The notes beneath the pieces are model-generated. The model worked only from the letters and a program-made list of their open reading frames with translations, was not told where the DNA came from and ran no database searches. The translations under genes and the position numbers were made by a program. A DNA stretch of 64,000 bases, taken from Phallusia mammillata. Its lineage: Eukaryota. Below are positions 19,001-32,121 of the stretch, in pieces. The stretch's first letter is position 1, and each line of letters starts with the position of its first letter. Location of the stretch: positions 12,152,001 through 12,216,000 of the forward strand of contig OZ281501.1 of the NCBI GenBank assembly GCA_965637545.1, given 5' to 3'.

Positions 19001-22000
19001 CATTTCGGCCATTTGAACTTCCTCATAAACGCTTGCGTCGGGGTTCGGGGCAAACACTTCATCTTGTTGGTCGTCATCCGTCGAGCTTTCATTGATTTTG
19101 CTTTCTTCCAAGTGAGGAGGTTCGGGGTGTACAGAGATTTCAGCCACCTCGCCCTCTTCATAAATACTTTTCTCCACAGCACCTTCCTCATTATCATCTG
19201 ATGTCAGGGAACTGTCGTCATGTGGGCACGTCTGGTTGATTGACATCTCCACCATGTCCACAACCTCATAAACGCTTTCGTTTGCGTAAGGTTGTTCTGG
19301 AGATGCTTTGTCGGGATCAGAGTTTAGTGAAGTGTCCCCAACGTCAATGTACTCATTTACACTTTTTTCGACATCCGTTGTCGCTTCATCGGAAGTCGAA
19401 TCCGACCGATCTTTGTTGGAGTTCATCGACACGTCAGTCATCTCCACAACTTCATAAACGCTCTCATCAATTTCGCTCTTATCAATCTCGGTGTCATCTG
19501 ACTCCATAGACGTGCTCCCCTCTTTATCTTCATGGACGCCTGTCTGGTTCACAGACATCTCAGCCACATCGACCACCTCATACAAACTTTTGTCGTCATC
19601 CATTTCCCCGGTGACGTCACCTTCCTCTTCCTCCTCCAAATCTGTGTTGGTGACGTCACACGCTGATACGAAATGCTCGTTTTGGCTGACGTCACTGTCG
19701 TCGAGAACCACGACTTCATCGTCATCGCTAACATTGTGGTCATGGTTCACAACATGGCTTTTGGAGTCTTTTTTCGAGACTGCCTTTGTCTTGGTTACTG
19801 GTAATTTGGAGTTGCCTTTTTTCTTTTTTGGGGAAAGATTCTGAAGACGGGCACTTCTTCGTCGCACTGAAGTGGTTGATTTTCTTTTGGGACTGGTTAC
19901 CACTGCGGCGGTAGAGTGACTCGCCAATTTGCGCAGGTTAAGAGATCTGCCAAAATAATGTATGAGGTAAAGGTTGGTGAAGCCGTCAGAACATTTAAAA
20001 GAAATTTTCATAATAAGACATTACTTGTTTGATTCTTCGGGAGATCTTTCTAGTGATGAATGGGATGTTTCCAACTCCTCGCCTGACATCTGAGTGACGT
20101 CAAAACTGTCATTTGTGACTTCACATTGTGCATCTGGGTGACTCTCAGAGGTGACGTCAACCACCGACTCCTATGAAGATTTATTTCAGTCAAAGGTTTA
20201 GGTTTTGTTGTGTTTACTGGACGAAAAATCATGTGACAACAATTTCGTGTTTGACAATATTAAACATTTCATTTTTTCTGTTTCAAAATGCCAGTTTATT
20301 TATGTCAATCAAAAACAATGAGAAACATAGTTGCAAAAACCTCAACTACGTGGTCGTCGTTTTCGCGTTCATCTTTTAGGTCATCTTCATCAAACGAACT
20401 TTGCAACGAAGAGGCTGAAACTAAACATACGCCAAATGTCTCAGCAACACACGTTTTAATTACAATCAACACACATGAATGGTGCCGGCATGAAGGTGCG
20501 ATTATTTTATAGCAAAAAGTAACTAAGTACGTTTTTATGTTTTGTCGTTGATACAATGCGAGTATCAACATTAGCCAATTTATAGGTCGTGTTGCTACAA
20601 AAACTTATTTTCGATTGGGCTGCATCTTACGGTCACCAGCACACGGTTTGGGTCGTGTTGTTGTCTATTAACAGTTTTACTTAATATTGATGTATTTGGG
20701 AAACTTTTGGAAAAATATTACGTACTCGCAACGTAACCACAGTATAAGACAGGGTCGGCAACCCCTGACACGCGTGCCTATCATGCAATTGTCTTAAAAT
20801 TCAGCCTTTCATGAACAAAACACTCTGCTTTCTCTTTATTATTGATATCTGCTGGCTTGAACCACTATTATTTTGAAAAACGTTGGCACGCGAGGTCATT
20901 AACACACGGAAACAACAAGTAAATTGGCACGCGTCGCCTGAAAGGTTGCCGAACCCTGGTATAAGACTACCACCGTTTTTTGGATATTCATTAAGTTTGA
21001 ACAATTTAACGACAGTGTCTTATTAGGCAATGAGTGAAAAAACGAGTGTTATGCAAAATTAATATAAAAGCGTATGTGTTCAATTTAAAAAGAACTAATT
21101 GCAAACATACCGTTAAAGGTGACGTTTTCTTTTTCAGTGTGGCCGTCCCATGTTGGCTTAAAACCATTCTTTTTGTAAACACTGGTAAGTACAGATCTGC
21201 AAAGAAATAGTGAAAAATGTTAAGTTAAAAATTCGTGTAAAAAGAGGCCGAAAGTTATTCAACATAACGAGCTTTTAAAGTTAAAAAATGGGAAAACGTG
21301 AGATTGCGATGGGCTTTCAATACCCTGTCGCCAGTATCTTTTTACATTGTTTTGCGTTATTTATGTGATTTGTATTATCTTCACCTATGACGAATCGTAA
21401 GTTAAAAAAATACTTACAAAAACTCGCTTGAAACAGACGAATCATCGAAAGATTCGAGAACTTTCAGCTCCCAGAACTCAACAGTGGATCGATATACTGA
21501 TGGTGTGGAATACTGAAATGCAGTATTAAACACGTCCAGTGTACAGTCGTCCTCCAGTAGCTTGGAGGTATATGGAAGCCTCAGTGTGACTTGTCTCCAA
21601 CATTCCTCAACGTCGCCCTGATGCTGCTTCATCATTCTAAATGTTCAGTAAAACTTAGTCACACCATTCCCGGTGTTTAGATATTGTCAGCAATAAGATA
21701 CAAGTCAATGTATACTTAACGCACCGAAATTATAAAAACTTAGCTATAATTATACACCTGAAGTCTTCAAGCCGTTCAAGTTTAAACAGGCGAAGATCCT
21801 GATTAAGCAATGTCGATTTGGTCAAGCCTTATTGCATTTCAAATTATTTGTACCTCAAGTTTTGTCCGAACCATATGAAGATATAGATTTACCGAATGCA
21901 CGTTTAACCAAGGTTTATTCCACATGTGAAGTTAAGCTCAAAAAGCTCAAGCTCAAAAAATAAATAAATCCCAAGATACGAAATCTTACTCGGAATCTTG

Positions 22001-25000
22001 CTGCAACATTGTGGGAAACATGGGGGCAAATGATACAAAGAAATCGTGGACCTGCTCAGGTGGGGCGCTCGCAAAAAGGCTTTGCAATGCCGGCATGATG
22101 TTTATTATAAGTGTTTCCATATCCACAGACAATTCCAACTAAATTGTAGTTGCAGAACATAGTTAGAAAACACATAACCCTAGTAACTTTGCATTTAAAT
22201 TTAAAAAATTGACTTTTTACTACACTGTTGGAAATGTTAATTTTTGCATAATATATAAACAACATTTGAACTCAAAAACTATTGTCAGAAGGTTATACAA
22301 AAAGCAGAAACAAAGGGTTTTACCCTGGATTAATAGAGTAGAGTAAAAAATAAAGGAATATATATATTTTGCCTTTGTGTTTTTTCTCGCTCGATCCGGT
22401 GCCCAGAAATGCGCTTGTTTTGGTTTGAGGTTGGTTCAGTTAGCTTTGGCAATTAGTAACAGCATCCCCTGTGTTTCTTTGTTATACTGGTTTACTGCTT
22501 TGAGTTTATTTTATTCATTTCAGCGTATTTGTTTTAGCACTCATTTTTATATCGATTTGGATTTCGATTACAGGAACTGATGATGCCACATAGGTGAAAT
22601 ATATATTCCTTTATTAAACCGACTGATTCTGTTTTACCAAGGATTTTATCGTCCATTGTTTTTTCTCTAGTCTAGTTAAAAAGGCAAACAGTGATTGTCA
22701 GGTTAATCCATGCTGTTGATGGTTTTGATCTATTACTAAAGTTGTTATTTTGATCACTCTGGATTAATTTTACTGTTACAACAACCAGACTTGGCAATGA
22801 ATGTTAATCGCCTATCGTTAATATGTTCCGGTTACTAAAAATATCCAGTAACTTCAACACTCACCACGCCAAGTTGAAACAATAATTTTACGATGACATT
22901 GTTAAAATCCATGTTTGGCAAAGAATCTAATATTGAGCGACGTTTGTTTTCAGTCGGTTTGGCAAGGAAAACAGCGTTCTTTACAAGTGACACAGCAAAA
23001 GCTTGATAAAACTTGCATTTGCACTGATCAAGAACCTGTTTATAAACAACTTTTACAGTAAAGAAAGATTAAATGTACAAAAAGTTTATAATTTGGATAG
23101 TTATATTTTAATTTAATTATACAAAGACTATCTAACTGCTAAGTTCACAGGACTTACTATATTGAAATTATCAATCAACTGCCCAAGAAATGATGACGCA
23201 ATTAGAGTTCTTGCTTCCTGAGGAGCTGCTGTTTCGACTGTGAGAGTCAAGGTAAAAAACTTTTCTGCTAAACTTTGCCAAAGGTCAATTGCTGTGAAAT
23301 GGTAATGTATTTTTAATGTTATATATCAGCTTTTATTAAAATTGTGTTAGCCAATGATGTGTCAAATATATTATTCTGAGTAATTGAAACTAAAAAAATC
23401 CTACCTTTTTGAGACATATCATTAAAATCACATTTCAGCTTTGTGATGAATAAAATAGGAAACGAAATCAAATCATAAAGTGCAGTAAAATCATGATCCA
23501 AGCTGTCCCCTTGATTGACGTTCTTTGTCTAAATTAAATGCCCATTTCAACAAATATGTAAATACACATATTGTTGTGACATTATTCCTACTTTTTTAAT
23601 GTACTCAATAATTTGTTCCGCCAGAACACACCAAAGTTCCAAGTACACAGGGTGGTCACATGATAAATGCCTGACAACAGCCTGCACAAACTCAAGGATT
23701 GCCATTTGTCGTTCTATACCACAAAGTATAATAGACTGGCCACACTCAAAGAATCTGTAAATGAAAATTGATTTATTGTAATATTTGCAAACATTAATTT
23801 TTGCAAATAAATTCATGTTGTATCTAAAATTTTTGACACATTACTTTGATAATAGTTAATTTACACAGTCAAACCAAAATTTCATTCAGATTAAAAAAAA
23901 ATCCACCCAAAACGTAAATTGCGCTGTGATTTTTAAAACATATATTGAGGAGTTTTTTGACACCTAGCACAGTGTTTTCACTTGCATAAATTACTTCAAC
24001 AAGAAACCAAACAATGATTTTTAGTTTCCATTATCACAGTTTCTAGATTTGTTTTCTGCCAAATTTTAAACAGGTTTATTTTTTTAGCTTACTCTGTTTG
24101 TCCAATACATTGCTTAGTAATTGAAGGAGTGACAAGAAGATCCAGTAAAGCCAAGTTCACAGTGCCATGCATCATTCCAGAGTGTTTCTTGTCCGACGAA
24201 TACAGAAGACTAGAGTTGAGAACTTTTCGAGGAAACTTGCTGATACTACAAACCAAATTCTGAAACAGAAAAAAGATTACAAAAACCTCTAAAAACTAGT
24301 CATTATTGTAATATTATGCAACAATTCTCTCCTTAAAATGACCATCTTAGGATTCTATACTTTAATATATTGCTTGTTTTATAGAGCAAAGTAAATTCTT
24401 GTTTATAGTACTGCAAATACAAATTAATCGACTCTAACCAAAAGACTTTCTGGTTTCAGATTTGAAGTTGTGACAATCTGGTTAGCAGACTGGAATAAGG
24501 TCCGAAAGAAGTCACTGTCACGCTTCCTTTTAATACACTCTTGTGCCACTTTTACCATGACATTCCAGAATCCGGATAAAAATTCATCTGGAAACACAAA
24601 AAATTAAAACATATAAAAGTTTGCAACCATGGATCAAAAGCAGGGGTCCCAAACCAGGGGTTGGAATGGTCAATATGTGGGGTCACAAATAGGTCATGGG
24701 GTCGGTGAGGTGTTGTCAAGAAACAAGTGTACAAAACAATCATAGAATTGCATTGCAGACAGCAACATTATTGTGATGTAATTATAGTCTATTTTAGTCA
24801 TTCTTGTGACATAAATGCATTTATTTTTGCTCTTTGTTGCAAATACTAACATATTAACATAGAAGGATTCAAATACTTTGTAGAGATTTGCACATTTTGA
24901 ATGAAAATCCTATGCAAACTAGAAAGGTGGCTATTCTATATACTTCCATTTGTATTTAGTGTACCCTATTTATCGATTTACTATACACACCATTTAAAAA

Positions 25001-28000
25001 AGGTTTTCAAACTCTTTATTTTTAGATTCTTTTTATAAGGACAAGTTAGTACAAAGCATCAACCCAAACTTCAAAAAAGGTTTTGTCCATATCCTGTTTA
25101 CATTATATTGTCATATATTTACAAAAGTAGTGAAAAAGAACATAAAAAATACTCCCAATCTGAGAATTTAATATCTAGGTTTGACCTTGATATAGCTGTG
25201 CAAGGCCAGTTTTGAAACAGTTTTAAATTTTCCTAGAAAACCTAGACCAGAGGTGTGCAGAGCTGGGCCGCCAAGCACATTTTGTGTGGCTCTTGACAAC
25301 ATTCTGATTCAAAGCTGGAAAAGCCAAAAACAACGATTTCGGGGTTAAAGGGTTAAAAAAATGGTGAATCGAATAAAGCAACAAAGACACCTCTAAAAGC
25401 AACACAGACCGGGCATTTTTAAAATATAATTATGCGGCATTGTGTAGACAGTAACGATTTACTATACACACCATTTTCAAAATATAACTAGAAAGGTGGC
25501 TTTCTAATATACTTCCATTTTATATATTCTATATCCTATTTATCAATTTACTATACACATTATTTGATCTACACATATGATTGTTTTTGCAAACAAATAT
25601 GAATGGGTCCCCACACGTGCGTGTGCAAATTTACAGCAAAAAACAAATGTTGCGGATATTTTTAGACTCTTAAGGAAAAACTTTCAGAAAGTATTAACCC
25701 AACTTTAAAAGTGTTGTTCGTGTTTTTTTGCATCATTATTGTGATATAATTAAAAAAAAAGTAAAAAAGGTCGGGAAACATACTTTCAATTGAATCTCAT
25801 GCTTTGACTTTGAGATTGTCGTCCAAGGTCAGTTTTTAAACACACTTTTCCAAAACTGAAAATGTGCATGATAACTTAATAAAACGACTCGCATTGCTGC
25901 GCAAAAACAGCTGATTTCTAATTACTGCCTTTCTCCTGAAACGTCTGTCCAGACGTCAAGCTGCTCTGCATTCACCCGCCTTAGTTATAAACCAGTGAAT
26001 TATTCCCTTGAGAGTTGAGACGTCTATCTTACTGACAGTGTACACATATTATGGGCTGTAAAAGTAACTATTTGGCCGATTGAGGCAAAATTTTTAATAC
26101 TAAACAAACAACTTACTGCAAACAATTGTTTAACATTTCAGCAAATTAGGGCACCAACTAACAAAGCATGAACATTGCACCAACTAACAAAGCATGAAAC
26201 TCTCAGACTATGTACTTTAGTCAGTACAGCTGTTTAAAAAAAAAACGTTTTGGGAGCCTGTGGGTGAACCGCTGGGTTGATTGGAGTTAAACTTTAGAAG
26301 CATCAAATTGGGAACAATAACTAACATCTTTGAAAATTTGAATAAATTTGAAGCAATTTTTCTTGACCAAACGCGTTTAACAAACCAGCATTAGACAGAA
26401 ACGAATATTTTGGGGCTTAAGGGGTGAAAATGGGTAAATCTTTTTAAGGTACAAAATTCTTGAAAATACCTTACACTGCACCAAACAACAAAGCACAAAA
26501 CTCCTAGTTCATGTACTTTAGTCAATATACCTGTTTTTTAAAAAATACGTTTTGGGGGCCAGTGGGTGAACCGCTGCGTAAATTGTGGTAAAACTTTAGG
26601 AGGATCAAAGTTGGATTAATAACTAACATCTGTCCAAATTTGAATAGATTTGAAGCACTCTTTCTTGACCAAATGCGTATAACAAACCAGCGTTAGACAG
26701 AAAAAAGAAAACGGACAAAAACAATATGTGTCCCCTTCAGGGAAGGTGACCCATAATTATGTGGAATTGAGCAGACAGAAATTTTCAAAACAGACCAAAG
26801 CAAAGGATATCAAAGCATAGATTGGTCCAAGGGACATGGAAGGTCAAATTAATGAATAAAATCATATTTGGCTGGGAAAAACACTTTTAATTTAATCTCT
26901 TGCTTTGACGTTGATATTGTCAGTTTTTAACACCCCTTCAGGAAAGGGGACCCATAATTAAAACTTTGTATATATATATAGCGGTTTGTGTATATGGTGG
27001 TTTTAGATGTAAATAATGCGTTCTGTAGACTATGTTTGCAATTAACATGGAAAGAATGTGGATGCTATTTTTTATTATTTTGCACATGGTATTGTTGTAG
27101 TTGCCAAGGGTATTATGAGCAGTGGCCTAGTAATCACTATATTGACTTGCGGTCACATTAAACAGTTAAAAGTTCTGAATAAGGCCGTGCTTTGAAAAGC
27201 TTGGGAACTCCTGATCTAAAGCAATGCTTTCAATGTTAAAACTGTGCAGGAAACAAACGATGTACTGCATAAATTTATCCCAGAAAGTGTTAATTGTTAC
27301 AAGCAAACCATAGCACATATACCTGGAATATTTTGTCCTGATAAGCAGATTGCATCACAAATACAAGACACCAGAAAAGATTGAAACCTCAAGAAACTGG
27401 AAGGTGAAGACATTACTGGGCAATAAAGGGGAGCTGCAAAAAAGTTTTTGTACAATAATTACTTTTTGTGTTTCTTCATATCCAAATGCCAAGACAAGAT
27501 TTAAAAGATATGTTGGATTTTAAATTTCACATTTTATCATAGTTATCAGCAAAACAAGCAATTTTGCGGACTTTTAGCAAAGCAATCGCCCTTTTCAGCT
27601 TAAATTTAATCGCCTTTCTAAAGTAAAATTTAGCTAATAAATTTAAATGTAATCTTACTAAGAGCAAATTCATGTTCACTTTTTGATACATCAAGTAGCA
27701 AATGAGCCAACATCTCAATTCCCAAATCCTGCAATTCTTTATCAGGTGCTGGATGATGAGACATCAAATCTTGGGACAAACGTCCTGATGATCTTCTGTA
27801 TGGCAGGCAATATACAGATAAAATTGTTTTAAAATTTTGCTTATTGCAAGAAAATAGTTGGGTAATTTAATTGATACGGGCTAAAAGATGAATTACAATA
27901 AGCAATTCCTCCCCACAAAGCCACATTCTACAAAGTGTCCAATTTTTATCTAATTCAGACATTCTTTTAAAGTATCACCAATTCTAAGGGCTAGTGGGGT

Positions 28001-30740
28001 AAGCAAGAAGAGAGAAGAAGAATATATAAAATAAAATTAAGAGAATTAAATCAAAGTATGTGTCTTTCAGGAAAGGGTTTAATGGTTGTCAAATGTACTC
28101 CAAAAACATACCTTGGATTTACTTGTGTTTGCTCACTGCTTACACACATTTGAATTAATGGCTTGCAAACCTAAACAGCAAAAAAATATAAACATGTGTC
28201 AACATCTCATATATATTTTTTCGTATTCTCTGCAAACTTAAAAGAATACAATAACAAACGTATATATTTACACCAATACAGTACAACAAAAAAATCACTG
28301 TAAGGACTGTACAATCATTAAACCAGCAGCAAAATAATAAACACTAACCACTTCAAAGAGATCAAGGAGTTTTTCCTCCAGAGACACAACTAACTTCCAT
28401 AGTGTCCGGAGTCGAACTTTGATTAAACCTGGTGACTTCAGTTTGAGTTTTAGAGGTTGGGTGAGCAACTTCACATACTTCGGGGAGGCTAATAGCTCTA
28501 AAACAACAATTTTCACAGGCAAATACTGTTTACTAAGTAATACAATTATTACATGGACAAATACATAATCAGAAAAACTCACCTTTGTTTGTTGCAAACG
28601 AGTCAATAAAACATCCCCATGCAGTAAAAGCACAACATCTGATTTCATCTTTGGGGTGACGAAATCCCTAAAAATATTTATACATTAGTTGAAACATATA
28701 ACAGGTGACAATAATCCACTACAACAGAGTTCAACTGCAAACCTTCTCTACAAACTGCAGCAAGAGATTTAGTAGACTGCTGCTCTTTTTAAAATATTCT
28801 CCCACGACACTCATGTAGGCTGGAAGTAGAACACTTAAAATTTCTTGCAAAACATCATCTTTGGCTCCAAACTGTTTGAGTTTGGGAAATACATCCTGCA
28901 AGGCATAATAATTTCCAATGGGAAAAGGAATTTCCATTATGAATGATTCTGTGGTGCTAGTGTAGTGTTTCTGTACTGTTGTGTACTATTCTTTTTTTCC
29001 GGTTTCAATACAATACAATACAAAACAGATGTGGATCATACATACTTCTACGCTTTTAAACTTGGCTTTAGGTTTTTACTGTTGTACTTTTTCAGTTAAA
29101 ATGAGTTACTTATTTATATGTTCTACATAACATTCACATTAAGGCAGGGGTGTCCAAAGTGCAGCCCGCGGGCCAAATGCGGCCCGGCATTTCGACTGGT
29201 CCGCAGCTGTTGTTTAAATTTTCTTTCGTACGGCCCGCAAACATTTAAAGTAAGGTTTTGGGTTGAGGTGACTTGTGACTTCACGCAAAGCTTCTCCATG
29301 GAACTATAATTACTGATAAAAAGAAACTATACGGTGCTGACGCAACAAAAACCCAAAATTTGTGTTCATGCCGTGTATTTTGTGTTATAATTGTCCAGTT
29401 AAAAAGTTTGCTTTGGCCCGCGGTTGTCTGCACCTGATAAAAATTTGCCCCTATTACAAAAAGTTTGGACACCCCTGCATTAAGGGGATCCACAATCAAA
29501 TTGGCTAGACAACTAATAAACTTTCACAAATTAATTTTAGCTACAGTCTTATGACAAAGCAATAAAATAAAGGATTGGATGGCCTGATTCTTAGTATACT
29601 GAAAGGAATGATGAGATTACAAATGTTTTGAGTTACAATAGATACCTGTTTAAGAACAGTGGTGCAGTCTGGTAATATCGTCTTTCTGTGTTTTATTAGT
29701 ACCGACATATTTTCCTTCAAGGCAGTTACCGCCATTTGCCTAGTGACGACGTTACTATGGGCAGAAAGTTGTATCATGGTTTTGGCCCAAAGCAAAACAT
29801 TTTCTTCCATTTCCTTTGGACACTGCTCAATAAGTCTAAAATTGTGTTACATCACAAAGAGTTGGTATAATTACATCACAAAGAGTTGGTATAAGTCAAG
29901 GGTAAAGGCAGTGTTGTATCACCTATTAATGACTTCAATGGTATCATTTTCCAGCAGTTGTGGGAGGCTTGTTGCAGTCAAGATAGATTCAATAAACAAC
30001 TCAACAACACTTACATTGAAGTGTTGATTTTTCAGCAATAACATGCATCTAAATTACAGATAGATCCAAAAGGTAAAACAAATTTTCATGATTATCACAA
30101 ATTAGTTTTAACCTACTTTTTCAGCATGTTTGGTTGCTTTGACTTGGATAGAATTTCAAGTAAGTTTTCCAATAAGCTATTCTGTTGATCAACTGACACC
30201 TTTCCACTATCACAATCAAAATGAAATATACAATATAAATAAGGTTATTAAAACACAACAAAATAGCTTAATAGTTCACAGTATTATTGTAATACAAAAT
30301 ACAATACTTAAATGGGTTTAGAATGCAGTTGCAAATTTCCATTTAAAACTGGACACCTACCACAAGTCACTGTTGGGATCAATAATAGCGTTTAAAATTG
30401 ATAAAACTTCTGTCACAATTTCTTCGTTGTCGCATAAAACATCGGATATAAGACGATTTAGTAAACAGGAAACATCTTGGTCTTCAACTGGTTTTGTATT
30501 GAGGCATCTAAAGTAAAGTCCAAAAAACATGTAGTTTAGACAATTTTAAAACATCTCATAGTTAATTCAAAGTAACTTTATGCCATTTGAAAGTACACTG
30601 TCACACAAAAGTAACGTTGAAAATGAAGAAATTGTTTACCTCTTGACCGATTTTAATGTTGAAAGATGATCTGCATCATTTCCACTAACCAGCTGCACTA
30701 TCAGTTTTTTCATCTCTTTATCCATCAGCATGATGGGCAT
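16008..30740 (-). CDS. RIF1: Telomere-associated / replication-timing protein RIF1 (multi-exon)
   Basis: N-terminal HEAT-region exons resemble recalled RIF1: MEENVLLWAKTMIQLSAHS (~29810), GFRHPKDEIRCCAFTAWGCFIDSF (~28670), LLASPKYVKLLTQPL, FPRKVLNSSLLY...HGTVNL (~24230) and NVNQGDSLDHDFTALY (~23510). These are followed by large acidic disordered exons (~19950-18630, ~18310-17850) and the PP1-docking pair GILK (17320-17331) and RVSF (17200-17211). Start ATG (30740, 30731 or 30725) and the last exon/stop are approximate. Confidence 0.92.
16624..17044. mobile_element. hAT (Charlie-like) MITE in a RIF1 intron
   Basis: TIR CAGTGGTTCCCAAACT / AGTTTGGGAACCGCTG with perfect 8-bp TSD GTCTACAG. Confidence 0.92.
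20750..20958. mobile_element. hAT-type MITE in a RIF1 intron
   Basis: TIR CAGGGT(T)CGGCAACC, subterminal GGCACGCGT repeats, perfect 8-bp TSD GTATAAGA. Confidence 0.9.
24916..26960 (+). mobile_element. Composite non-autonomous repeat with Helentron/DINE-1 (HINE)-like architecture
   Basis: Two AACTAGAAAGGTGGCT-headed copies (~24916, ~25487) and diverged ~300-bp internal repeats (~26210-26410 vs ~26510-26705). Subterminal inverted repeat ATGGGTCCCC (25603-25612) / GGGGACCCAT (26946-26955). 3' hairpins CCCCTTC..GAAGG at 26732 and 26933 are followed by ATAATT. Family assignment is inferred from architecture only. Confidence 0.55.
26151..26198. repeat. Short direct tandem duplication (22-bp unit, 26-bp period)
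   Basis: GCACCAACTAACAAAGCATGAA occurs at 26151 and 26177. Confidence 0.9.
29145..29477. mobile_element. hAT-Charlie-like MITE in a RIF1 intron
   Basis: TIR CAGGGGTGTCCAAA / TTTGGACACCCCTG, subterminal GGCCCGCG motifs, perfect 8-bp TSD CATTAAGG. Confidence 0.92.
29847..29894. repeat. Perfect 24-bp tandem duplication in a short RIF1 intron
   Basis: TTACATCACAAAGAGTTGGTATAA x2. Confidence 0.92.
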
Positions 30741-31170
30741 TGCGCAAATCACCTATCATTACATTGGCAACTAAAACATTACGATTTCAGATGCCGTCAT
30801 GTTGCGCAGTGGGAATATTTTTCGGCAATATTTTTGGCCTGTCACAGAAATTGTAACCATACAAATCTTTTAAGTTTGTCGTTTCTACAGTGTATCGATT
30901 TAAATTACCGTCATCAGCTGTATTTAAGACTCTGCGATCGCGCATCGATAATTTGTTTTTTTTATATCATATTCAATATTCAATTTGTTCAAAGTTTATC
31001 AGAGCTGACAAGTTGTTATCCAACACAAACCATAAATATGTCAACAATAAGGTTGTACGTTACTGATTATTTTATTAACTCGCTAATTTTCCGATGCATT
31101 TTAGTAAACATGTGTTTTATCTGTTTTTTTCTTTCGAAGAACGACCAGTGCTATTGTAATAAATTTTCCA

Positions 31171-31181
31171 TTCGCGCCAAA
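31171..31181 (-). promoter_or_regulatory. Candidate E2F site in the RIF1/BOULE divergent promoter region
   Basis: TTCGCGCCAAA (reverse complement TTTGGCGCGAA) matches the E2F consensus TTTSSCGC and lies ~430 bp upstream of the RIF1 ATG. Confidence 0.4.
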
Positions 31182-32121
31182 TGTGGCCTCAATTGTATCA
31201 TTTTCGCTGTAGCGAGTGAACTCTTGCAACACTTTATGACGTCAAACACAAGTTCCAGAACAAAACTCATTGTTCGTTCAAATCCGTTTGCCTGTTTAAA
31301 ACTTTTTCCCAGTTTGACAGGGTGTAAAAATTTGTTGTTTGGCAGGATTGGAACCGGAAAAATTGGAATTTATCAGCGTCAAGTTAAGTTGCAACTGTTT
31401 TCAAGACACTGGAACTAAATTTTCAGGTTGGTTATGTAATAAAATGTTTTGTCCTACTTATCATGCTATTTGGTGCTGACGGTGGATTTGTGGTCGAGTT
31501 AGTATGGTACAAAGTGGCTACACTCAAGAAACAAAGTTTCTGTTAAAGTTTGCAGGGATTTTGTATTGTTGTAATAAAAAAGAGCGCTTATATCATTTTA
31601 ATTATTTTGTACAGTCTACAAAAAATCGTTCCATGATGGACACATAAGGCACTGTTAATTTTTTTATCACGTTGGAGGTCCAACGAATCTATAATGCAAC
31701 ATAGCAAGTTTACGACATTACATTGGGTAAGACACATTGAAATTGGCGGACTGATGCATTAAGTGCCAACGTTGCACGCGAACCAGCATGCGTATGCTGC
31801 GCATTCTTACTCCAGACATTAACACGTCGGTCTTGATTGACATGCCAAATGCAGGCGACCCCAGGTTGGCTGTTGCTGCAGTACCTTACCGCGTTCGACG
31901 TGCCAGTAGCCTTTTAACTTACAATATAGTCCAGTTTACAGTGTATTTGCAGCTTGAAATTTTGTTACAATTTGGCAGAAATTACACGTAGCGCATATTT
32001 GTAAACATGTACGATGCAGTCTCAATATGACAGTTTTAACCCAGTTCTACATCAGGTTTTATTGCAAATATTCTGTTGTAGGTTTATTGAAAAGGTCGAA
32101 GAAGAAACGTTGAAAATAGAA

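Noticed and set aside
17910-19844. Antisense and alternative-frame ORFs over the RIF1 acidic exons (also 38588-39219 over the tetraspanin acidic exon)
   Set aside because: These are shadow ORFs produced by low-complexity coding sequence on the real strand.
24641-24720. hAT-like fragments (also ~27120-27215, ~43175-43215, ~48780-48822)
   Set aside because: Only one end is recognisable and there is no TSD, so they are not reported as defined elements.
30666-31418. 250-aa plus-strand ORF
   Set aside because: It overlaps RIF1 exon 1 antisense and the promoter, has a composition typical of AT-rich non-coding DNA, and shows no homology.
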